DNA of 49,154 nt from Macrostomum lignano. Lineage: Eukaryota. This document shows positions 1-9,242 of the stretch, in pieces; position 1 is the first letter of the stretch, and the number at the start of each line of letters is the position of its first letter. The stretch lies in assembly GCA_002269645.1 (NCBI GenBank), contig NIVC01004350.1, positions 1 to 49,154 of the forward strand, given 5' to 3'. A model generated the notes under the pieces. It saw only the letters and a list, made by a program, of their open reading frames with translations, did no database searches and was not told the origin of the DNA. A program made the translations under genes and the position numbers.

Positions 1-171
1 TATTGGCGTAGCGGCTATGGCTGTGATGACCCTTAAAAGGGCCGTTTTTAGTCCAAAATAAGTTGGTTGAAGTCAACTGAGGCGAAGTGGTTGGTGTAGC
101 GGAGCACTTGGCAACAAGGGCAGGAAACTGCCGTAGTCGTTTTTATTGTTGAAATCAATATAAATAGTAAG
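1..171 (-). repeat. Truncated 3' LTR remnant (R/U5 end only)
   Basis: Near-identical to 1885-2055; diverges abruptly after ATAGTAAG at 171. Confidence 0.7.
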
Positions 172-289
172 CACAGAAGCACAGAACAAAGGTGACAAGA
201 CGGATGAGGCAAAAGGACACAGAGCAGAGGCACGAAAGAGAGACACAGTCCGGACAACTGCGGGCAAACGACGACAAGCGCCAAGGGCG

Positions 290-860
290 GCGGGACACGG
301 CGCGGCGCGCCAAACAGGCGGGAGGAGAAAACGGCGAGGGAGCGCGCCAAGGCGGAGACAGGACGGCGCGAGCGCAAGGCAGAAAACGGCGCAGCGCGCC
401 AGGCGGAGAAAGGCGCAGCGCGCCAAGGCAGGAGACGGCGCAGCGCGCCAGGCGGAGACGGCGCAGCGCGCCAGGCGGAGAACGGCGCAAGAGCGCCAAG
501 GCAGGAGACGGCGCAGCGCGCCAAGCAAAGGAACGGCGCCACGCGCCAAGGCAGGAAACGGCGACAGGGCGCCACGGCAGGGAACGGCGCCACGCGCCAA
601 GGCAGAGAACGGCGCCACGCGCCAAGGCAGGAAACGGCGCCACGCGCCAGGCGGGAACGGCGCAGCGCGCCAGGCGGAGACGCGCAGGGGCGCCAAGGCA
701 GGAAACGGCGCAGCGCGCCAGGCGGAGAACGGCGCAGCGCGCCAAACAGGCAGAAGGGAGGGAACCGGCGCGGAAGCGCCCAACAGACAGGGGGAGAGGA
801 CCAGCGCGGAAGCGCCCAACAGGCAGGAAGGAGAGAACCGGCGCGGAAGGCGGAGAACAG
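290..860. repeat. GC-rich, purine-biased degenerate tandem repeat (core GGCGCAGCGCGCCA(A)GGC, units ~20-30 nt)
   Basis: Motif recurs many times by eye and explains the overlapping low-complexity ORFs at 48-992. Confidence 0.85.
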
Positions 861-1610
861 CGGGGCCACAGGGACCCGTGGCCAACAGGGGCCACAGGAG
901 GTAGTTTAACGCCTTGCCCAGGGCGTGAGCAAACTAATGCTTGCCACCCTACAGCTGGAGCAGGCCGGACACCTGGCACGCCCGGTACCTAACGGGTGGG
1001 CAGATGGGGCGCCCATAGCTGGGTCTGGGTTCAGTGGCTGGGGCTGGTGGATTAACTGCCTGTGCGGCGACTGGGTCCGCCACAGGCTCGGGAGGCGCCA
1101 TGCCGAAGTCTTCCCCGTTGCCGGACATTGTGCGAGATGAAGCTCAGGCAGGAGCCCGAGTGAGGCGAACGGAGCAACCACGAGTGAGAGTAAGGTTCCA
1201 GAGAGAACGAATTGAGGTTGATGACGCGAGAGACGAGAGAGATTGCGTCCTACTAACAAAAATACGTGCCTGACAGGGGCAAACCACAAAAGCCTATAAT
1301 AGGGGAGAGTCCTATCACGCAAACCACCCAGACTAACTGTCAGGCAATAGTCCCTACAAACAATCAGCGCACAGCGTAACCTGGCGTGGCTTGGCACACA
1401 CAGCGGAGCTATCTTGGCAGAGCGTAAGCTCGAGCTCAACGCAGTTGACAGCGCGTGTTGCTCAGGGCGACGACCAGCGACGACCCGCGGCGACGAGCGA
1501 AGACCAGCCGGGCAGTCAGGACCCCTGGGCCTGACGTGGCACAGGCTCTTGCAGCCTTGCGGACCGAACCTCAGGCGTAGCACAGGCAGGCAGGTGCTCA
1601 GTCACGAGCC

Positions 1611-1870
1611 GGCAGAGCTGAGCAGAAGTCTCGCTGGTGGCTGGTGCTTGGTTGCAAACTGGCAGGACTGAGACGAAGTCTTGATGGCGCTGATTACGAG
1701 CTGGCAGGGCTGAGCAGAAGTCTTGATGGCACTGACTTAGTTGTGAGCCGGCAGTGCTGGGTAGGAATCTCGGTGGTGCTTAGTTTCGAACGTGTTGATG
1801 TTGAGCAGAATCTCAGTGGCGCTTAGTTGCGAACCGGCAGTGCTGAGCAGGAGTCTCGGTGGGACCTCCA
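1611..1870. repeat. Six degenerate 42-50 nt tandem units ending in the PBS
   Basis: Units start at about 1611, 1661, 1703, 1750, 1794 and 1836 with consensus GGCAG.GCTGAGCAG.A.TCT(C/T)G.TGG. Confidence 0.8.
1851..1870 (-). promoter_or_regulatory. Primer-binding site complementary to the tRNA-Gln 3' end
   Basis: Plus strand GAGTCTCGGTGGGACCTCCA matches the eukaryotic tRNA-Gln acceptor end (..TCTCGGTGG(A/G)ACCT) plus CCA, next to the LTR end at 1877. Confidence 0.8.
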
Positions 1871-1876
1871 AAATTA

Positions 1877-2714
1877 TGTCACGTTATTGGCGTAGCGGCT
1901 ATGGCTGTGATGACCCTTAAAAGGGCCGTTTTAGTCCCAAAATAAGTTGGTTGAAGTCAACTGAGGCGAAGTGGTTGGTGTAGCGGAGCACTTGGCAACA
2001 AGGGCAGGAAACTGCCGTAGTCGTTTTTATTGTTGAAATCAATATAAATAGTAAGTTTGGTTGTTACTGGCAAATAACAAACTATGGCTTTCTGGGCACT
2101 GGCGGCTGCAACAATAGTTTCTTTTAAGATAAATTGGATGTGAGTTCAAGCGACAGACGAGTGATGCAATGGCGACGTACGTGATGATCAATGGCAATGA
2201 GTACAGTGAAGGCAGTGAGACGTAGTAGGCAGGCGGATGAGCAGTGGCGAAGTTGGCGTCAGTCGTGGCGTGAGGCAGTCAAGTAAGTGTGTGAGTAGGC
2301 CGGCCCAGACAGAGGGGCCGTGGCGAGAAATAAGGAGGCTCGAGGCAGCCAGACAAGAACGCAAAAAGGGACGGAAGAACAGATAAGAAAGAGACGTGAG
2401 GAGTGCCTGCCGCCAGGCGGGGGTTTAATAAAGGAGCGCAGAGGGGGGTAGCGCGAAGCACGAGTGGTTTTCATTGGCTGGCGAGAGAACTTAAAATTAT
2501 CGATCGTGCCAATTTTATACGGTCGCGAGAGAGGATAGCAAAATATACAGTGAATTAGAAATTGCCACAAAATCGTTGGGCACTACTACAAGTAAACGTC
2601 GCAATAAACAAATGGAAAAGTTTAGTTGAAACGGTGAAACTGAAGGGTTGAAACTATGGAGAAACAGTAGTCCAACGGCCCTTTTCGGGACCACCTTAAA
2701 CTGGCAACGTCACA
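1877..2714 (-). repeat. 5' LTR (838 bp)
   Basis: TG/CA termini. On the minus strand: CCAAT (~2473-2477), an AT-rich TATA-like box (~2424-2431) and AATAAA (2026-2031), in U3-R-U5 order, followed by the PBS. Confidence 0.75.
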
Positions 2715-2836
2715 CAATGATGAGACGTGCTAGAATGATGAGACATGATCTAGAATTTTGGAATTTTGGAAATAATTGTTTTTAGATTCCAACTTTGTTT
2801 TTAAATTTAAATTTGTGTGAAACACAGCCAGCCAAC

Positions 2837-2996
2837 CAGACAGACAGACAGACAGACACACACTAAGAAACTAAGACACTAAGACACTAAGACAGACAGA
2901 TAGACAGACAGACAGACAGACAGACACAGACAGACAGACAGACAGAGAGACAGACAGACAGAGAGACAGACAGACAGACAGCCAGACAGACAGACG
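2837..2996. repeat. (CAGA)n microsatellite
   Basis: Interrupted CAGA/GACA run visible directly. Confidence 0.95.
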
Positions 2997-3250
2997 ATAT
3001 GTGTAGGAGGAAGTTTTGGGAGCTGTCTTCTGATAGGTTAATTGCACTTTACTGAGTCAACTGCAATTAATAAAAACTGGAAAACAGGTCAACTGTTATT
3101 TCAGGTCAAGTGCGACCTCGAGTTCATTTTGACCAACTTCGATACTAATTTTTAAAGCCAGTGTTTAAAAATCTGAAATGGTCTGCCGATTACATTTTCC
3201 AAATTATTCGAAACGGTATGAACAAGTATGTTCTTGTGTATGAAACGACA

Positions 3251-3594
3251 CGAGATGTTGCTATGGTGCACTAGATTGTTGCTATGGTGCACGATATTGT
3301 TGCTATGGTGCATTGGATTGTTGCTATGGAGCATGAGATTGTTGCTATTTTGTACAAGATTGTTGTTACAATATTACTGCTATGGTGCGTGAGATTGTTG
3401 CTATGGTGCACGAGATTGTTGCTATGGAGCATGAGATTGTTGCTATGGTGCATGAGATTGTTGTTATGGAGCATGAGATTGTTGCTATTTTGTACAAGAT
3501 TGTTGCTACTATTACTGCTATGGTGCATGAGATTGTTGCTATGGTGCACGAGATTGTTGCTATGGAGCATGAGATTGTTGTTATGGAGCATGGT
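3251..3594. repeat. 21-nt minisatellite (GAGATTGTTGCTATGGTGCAT and variants), about 16 units
   Basis: Direct inspection; produces the 7-aa-periodic ORFs at 3271-3680. Confidence 0.95.
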
Positions 3595-4428
3595 GTACTA
3601 CTATTTGAGACATATCGATATTGCATCTTACTGTAGTGATTAGTTTGGAACTGGCCACGCGTAAATGGGGTGGTGTCCAAGATCTATAGCTATTTAAAGT
3701 ATATAGCTTTGATTCGCTTGTTAACCTCTCTTATGCGTGCAATCTTATCTGAAATGCCTATCAGATTGGAGGGCGATGGAGGAGGGTGTAGTGTACGTTG
3801 CTCTGCACTGCCTCAGTACTTTCTCTCTTGCCTTAGTCTAAAGAATGATGTGCTATGTTCAAAGGTAAGAAAAATAATATATTGTGTACATTCAGATTCA
3901 GCCTTCCTGCTGCTACTCTGATTGGCATCATTGAAAATGGCTAACAAACAAAGTAGATGTGCGCATCAGATTAATGCCCTTTAAAAAGGGTCTCAACTGT
4001 TCAGTTTCAATTTTTACTAACAGCAACCACCTAATTATTATCTTTCTGCAGTAACATTCTCTGCTAGATTTTTCTAAGATAAGTGAACTTTCTTACTCAT
4101 AGCGATTTTCCAGTACTCTGTGTATTACATTGTTTTGTATTCTTTAGCAATTTAAATACCTGGTATAAACATTAATTGCATATCTACTACCCCAGTACTG
4201 CTACTTATATTTAATTTCTCACTTTCTCTACTCATCGTTATAATCATTTGGCTTAATTCTTTTGCATCGAGAATGGCAAAGCGTGGTGCGAAAAGCGCAT
4301 TGTCGAAAAGCCGCGAGGCGAAGAGACGCCGTCGAGAAGAATCCGCTGATGCTAGAGAGCAGCGACTGAAAGCGCAAAGGCTAAACAAGCGCCAAGGCGA
4401 ACACAAACGGCGTTCCGGTGAGTCGGCA

Positions 4429-4888
4429 TCAGATCGCGAAGCTCGGCTGATGGCAGACAAAGAGCGCACGGATCGCCGCAGATCAATGGAGACCGAGTCA
4501 GATCGCGAAGCTCGGCTGATGGCAGACAAAGAGCGCACGGATCGCCGCAGATCAATGGAGACCGAGTCAGATCGCGAAGCTCGGCTGATGGCAGACAAAG
4601 AGCGCACGGATCGCCGCAGATCAATGGAGACCGAGTCAGATCGCGAAGCTCGGCTGATGGCAGACAAAGAGCGCACGGATCGCCGCAGATCAATGGAGAC
4701 CGAGTCAGATCGCGAAGCTCGGCTGATGGCAGACAAAGAGCGCACGGATCGCCGCAGATCAATGGAGACCGAGTCAGATCGCGAAGCTCGGCTGATGGCA
4801 GACAAAGAGCGCACGGATCGCCGCAGATCAATGGAGACCGAGTCAGATCGCGAAGCTCGGCTGATGGCAGACAAAGAGCGCACGGATC
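4429..4888 (+). repeat. About 6.7 near-perfect 69-nt coding repeats encoding 23-aa STPR-like units (ETESDREARLMADKERTDRRRSM)
   Basis: Period of 69 nt counted (e.g. 4441 to 4510). The E-T-x3-R-x2-R-L spacing matches the 23-aa STPR repeat of Bombyx FMBP-1 as I recall it. Confidence 0.75.
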
Positions 4889-5209
4889 GGTGGAGAGCTG
4901 AGGGTCAGGTTCGCAGCGGGAAGATCGGCTGCGTTTTCATCGACAGCATTATCGGAGGTCTCTCGAACCGCAGCAAAGTGTCAGGTAAGGCTGTCCTCTC
5001 TTCCCCTCTCCTGTCTTCTGCGCTCTCCTCTAATACTCTTGATTACATGTACTAATCACGAGCTGTCTGGATAATTATAAGCTTTAAGTATTGTGGCAGC
5101 TAATCTGATGGTTCCTTCTGCTAATATTATTTATTATCTTGGCCCTATTGTCTCCCAAACTTACAGCCACTTGGATCTACCTAGCAATGTGCCAGTTAGT
5201 GCAACACAA

Positions 5210-5612
5210 GTCACCAGAGTGAGCGGAGATGGCAATTGCTACTTCCATTCTGTGTCTGACCAGCTCATTGGCACACCACTATATGGACCATCAGCAACTT
5301 CGGCGTTTCATTGCTACTGATGCCAGACCACTGCTTGAAGCTCAGCATGCTACATTTGCAGCTCTTGGTCTAACAGTGGATAGAGTGATTGCTGAGACCC
5401 AACAGGATGGAGTTGATGTGCATGAGCATATTGCACCCATGCTGAATCAAATTCTTGATGTTGATTACGCCATCTACGAGTATCAGTATGCCGACCATGG
5501 CAGAAGGCAGCTCCAGCTGGTGCAGCAGGCTCCAGCTGCAAGAAGGCCTGCAGTTGCCTCCGTGCAGCTTCTCTATGACCGCCATGGTGAGCATTACGAC
5601 TCTCTGCGTTTT
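5210..5612 (+). pseudogene. OTU-like cysteine protease (deubiquitinase-type) domain of the Helitron protein, frameshifted
   Basis: VSGDGNCYFHSVSDQLIG (catalytic D/C motif) continues after a 1-nt shift near 5280 into DHQQLRRFIA...QLLYDRHGEHYDSL (catalytic His motif). Confidence 0.85.
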
Positions 5613-7023
5613 GCGACTCCAGTCTCCGAGGACAGTTCTGCCTCTGCTCTGCCTGAGTTTCTCAAGTCTAGGTGAGTTAAGTTTTTTAACAGAAATATAG
5701 CTACTTTTTGCTTCCCAGGCTTTCTAAAAATTTTTATCCGAATAAATTGTAGTAGAAAATACCAAATTTTTTGAAGCCAATATAATATTTTCCTTATTTA
5801 CACCAATAAAGATGCCGTCGTAATGATATTGCTAATTTTTAGTACAAAAATTGAAAATTATTCCCATCCATTGAAATTTGCAGTACGAACCACTGTCAGC
5901 CCGCTGTCAGTGTTGCGTCTGATGTGCACGAATTATCAGATGAGGATGCTGGGTGAGTTGTATTGAAGCACTATATAATTTTTGTTTCCATTATCGCGCA
6001 TATGCCATGCTATGTGTACTACTTTTAAAGTATTTCTTTGCGCTTGGAATTTTCATACATTTAAAAGCATTGACATTCGTCTTTTGTCTTTTGAATTTAA
6101 AATTAAGAAAATTGAACTTGAATTTAAGTCTCTCTTTGCAATCTGAATTATGTGCATCTCTTTTTCCCCTCTACAGAGCCGATCCCGCACCCAGGCCTGA
6201 GCCACAAGTCCATCAGCTGGGCTGCATGAGCAAACGCTGCCAGAACTGCAATGCCTTGTACTGGACAGGAGAGCCAGCAGGAATCTGCTGTGCAGCGGGC
6301 AGGGTGAAGCTGCCTGCCAAGACTGTGCCGCCAATCCTGCAGGACCTGTTCGTTGGGCGCCACCCGCTGAGCGCTAATTTCTTGACTAACATCCGAAGCT
6401 ACAATGCGGTGCTGCACCTTACCTCACTGAAGGTTACCCTGCGACCCATGCGAGGTTACTGCCCCAGCTACATCATCAATGGTGATCTGGTGCACAGCAT
6501 CCCGCCTCTGTATGCCGGGGCTTCAACTATACCTCAACTATACCTCATGGCTATCAGGCATACTTCACGGACCGTGAACTGGAGAGCCGACTGACTCTCA
6601 GCAGAAATGTCGATCTGGAGCTGCTCAAGCTGCTGCAGGCTGTGTTGCACGACTGCAACGAATATGTCCGGAGCCTGAAGGCTGCAGCCCAACGAATCGA
6701 TGAAGCGCCGGAGCTGAGACACGCTCGAATCGTCATTTACCCGAACCGTCGGCCTACTGGAGAGCATATCCGGTGAGTCGCTATTGGGCTTGAGTTATTG
6801 TAAGAAATTTTAGTACTCTGTACTATTTTTAAGTCATGCTACGTTTCTTGATTCCTCCTTGTTGTGTACTTTAACCTGATTGGTTAAAGTAATTCAACTG
6901 CTACTAAATTTTTGTTTAAATACTGTAGAATACGGACTTTATGAGGCTGGATTTTCTCAAAAGCAAATAGTTGGTCAAGTTGACTTATGCATTTGTCGTG
7001 TATGTTCAAAGCCAATTTGAAAG

Positions 7024-9242
7024 TGATGTAACCGCCCTTGTCGCCTGTCCGCTCCTTTGAGAGACGAACGCATGACTAGAGGGGGCAATGACCGTAGGCT
7101 TCCTATGACCGGGCAATGACCTGACGGACCTCCAGCACCAGACTGTCCCGCCCACATGATTGATAGCTTTGGTAGCGCTTCGTGACCAGAGGGCCAAGGA
7201 CCCACATGGACCCCACCTGTAGCCAAGGTGCAATAGTTGGTCACTCGGTCATAGTATGACCGAGTGGCTACCACCACTCTATGTGACCTGGCGCACCTGG
7301 ATCTTTCTACCAGACCTCTCGAGGCTAGAGCCCCGCCTGGGATGGTTACCAGGAGATTTAGGTTAACAGGGGAGAAACATGCAGCCGAGTACAGGGACTC
7401 TGCTTGGGGCATGATCGGGAACTCTGGGCTCAATCTGGAGGATTTCTCAGCAGGGGATCCTTTGTGGCTGTGAGCGAGGCTGACTTGCGACTTTGATTAC
7501 TAAGAGTAGTATGAGGCGAACATGTACTGTCTATAGTTTAGATTGCTCAGGGCGAAGGGACGCGTCAGCATGGGGTTGCAACCTTCCTACTGCCATTCTG
7601 CGCCAAGACTCGCTAATCCCTCTACTGCACGCACCCACGGCCCCGCAGCACGCACTCACAGGCGAGCTTTGCACGGGGAGAGGCCATTAGCTTACCCAAA
7701 CTTCCTTATGCTTCGCCACCCCGGGGGAAAGGCTTAGCAAGCCATGAGTGAAATGATGGTGAAAGAGTGAATAATGATGAGGTTAGTTAATAGTTAATAA
7801 TTAGGCCCTTAGGCAAATAGTCAGGCACTTAGGCGGCTTCACTATTGAGTAAAATACAGCAAAAGTTACGGTATCACAATTGGCTCAGCTCTCTAATTAA
7901 GCAATGGCAAATAGGCAAACCCCGGATAAGCAAGGCGAATAGAGCACAAATTAGTAATAGGAACTTACCGGCAGCTGCACAGAGAGAGAGAGAGAGGCGG
8001 AGTGACCGAGGGCGGCTGTAGGCTGCAGTCAGGCAGACGGTGAAGCGGCGATGCGCTGAAGCGACTAGGCGCTGGTGTAGATCAGGCGATGCTGATGATG
8101 CTGGGCGGTAACAGACCGCTGGCCGATAGGCGAGCTCACTTGGGGAGCTAAGGATAACTTGGCGGTAACAGACCGCGGACCGGCAGGGGTTCGTCTTATA
8201 GACGGGAAAGTCAGATCAGTGTCTGACCGCAAGTCCAAAGAAGGACGAGGAGACGAACAGTCCCAAACAATCTGAGGATTCTCATGCCGAAATCGCTTCC
8301 TTTTATAGCCTTCACAGCCGCCTCTCCCAGGTCGTTACCATGACTCCCTCTCTCTGATTGGCTGCCGGCAGAATGACGTCAGAATGAGTCATAATGAGAA
8401 ACATGAGACCGGCATAGCAACATGAGAAATGGGAGAATTGCGCAATCCGGAGGTGGGGTGGGGGAATAATTGGCGCAGCGGGTGGTCGCGAAAGTGTTGC
8501 GCAAGCAAACATTTAGAACAATGGGCTGGGGTCGAGAACAAAGGAATCGGAAATCGGGAATAATTGGGGAGAATCGAGAACAATAGAAAAGAAAAATAGT
8601 GGGGAAAAGGTGATAATTAGGTGCGAAAACGAGAACAATAGAAAGAGAAAATCGGAGAAAATGGGATAATTGGTGGGGGTAAAGAAAACAAAAGAATCAA
8701 AAACGAGAACAATAGAAGCGGAGGTGAGGTGGGTGTCGCATGAGAAATTTGGGGAGGAGAACAATAGCATGAGAAAAGGTTGCGCAAGAGAGGGGGATGA
8801 GTCATCGATAAGTCATCGAGGGGAAGAAGGGGTCACACGACTTGCGTCACCGTTTGGGAGTTTGGGAAGGGATGGGAGGTCGGTGAGCACACAACATACT
8901 GTAAGTAGACGTAGAGAAAGAGGGGACAGCGCAAGAAAAGAGTGCAGAGAGAGACAAAAAGAGGGGGATAGGGAAAGTACAAGAAGAGTAGGGTGGAGCG
9001 CAGGGGAGATAAGGTAGAGGGGAGGGTACAGAGAGGGACAGGGAGCTCCGGAAAGGCAAGTGTGGCGGTAGGGGAGACGGAGCCGAGGCAGCAGGGGGTG
9101 CAGCAGAGCGGGAGTCTCCAGGCCTGGTCGGAGACCTGGCCGAGTCTCGACAGCTCTATGCAGGGGGGGGGATGCACGGGATAGGAGGCACTTTCGAAAA
9201 AGTTCCCATGCCCTATCCCGCGACCAGAGCGTGGTTACATCA
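7024..9242 (-). mobile_element. Solo-LTR-like insertion (2219 bp) in a Helitron intron
   Basis: Inverted termini TGATGTAACC / GGTTACATCA; 4-bp TSD AAAG at 7020-7023 and 9243-9246; no TE protein motifs; minus-strand Pol II promoter elements. A non-autonomous TIR element with a 4-bp TSD is not excluded. Confidence 0.75.
8301..8391 (-). promoter_or_regulatory. Putative Pol II promoter: AP-1 site, CRE, CCAAT and TATA
   Basis: TGAGTCA 8385-8391, TGACGTCA 8374-8381, CCAAT on minus 8357-8361 and TATAAAA on minus 8301-8307, in canonical order and spacing. Confidence 0.6.

Larger units (their letters stand above)
1..2714 (-). mobile_element. Non-autonomous, internally deleted LTR retroelement: 5' LTR, PBS, leader, GC-rich repeat and a remnant of the 3' LTR running off the left edge of the window
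   Basis: 1-171 repeats 1885-2055 except two homopolymer-length differences. 1877-2714 has TG...CA ends with imperfect inverted termini (TGTCACGTT / AACGTCACA). A tRNA-complementary PBS lies 6 nt inside. No gag/pol motifs recognised in 172-1850. Confidence 0.75.

Noticed and set aside
28-43. Histone stem-loop taken as evidence of a histone gene
   Set aside because: No histone coding sequence in the window; the hairpin lies inside an LTR (kept only as a structural finding).
48-992. Four overlapping 266-274 aa ORFs on both strands
   Set aside because: Explained by a GC-rich tandem repeat lacking stop codons; no recognisable domain.
949-1128. 59-aa minus-strand ORF (MSGNGEDFGMAPPEP...) as a Gag N-terminus
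   Set aside because: Too short, with no Gag motif; cannot be supported.
3152-3680. His/Asn- or hydrophobic-periodic ORFs
   Set aside because: Translations of the 21-nt minisatellite.
2715-4272. 5' TC terminus of the large Helitron
   Set aside because: No sequence resembling TCCTTATATACTAAAA found here; left unassigned.
4152-4883. Minus-strand periodic ORFs over the 69-nt repeat
   Set aside because: Antisense shadows of the plus-strand coding repeat.
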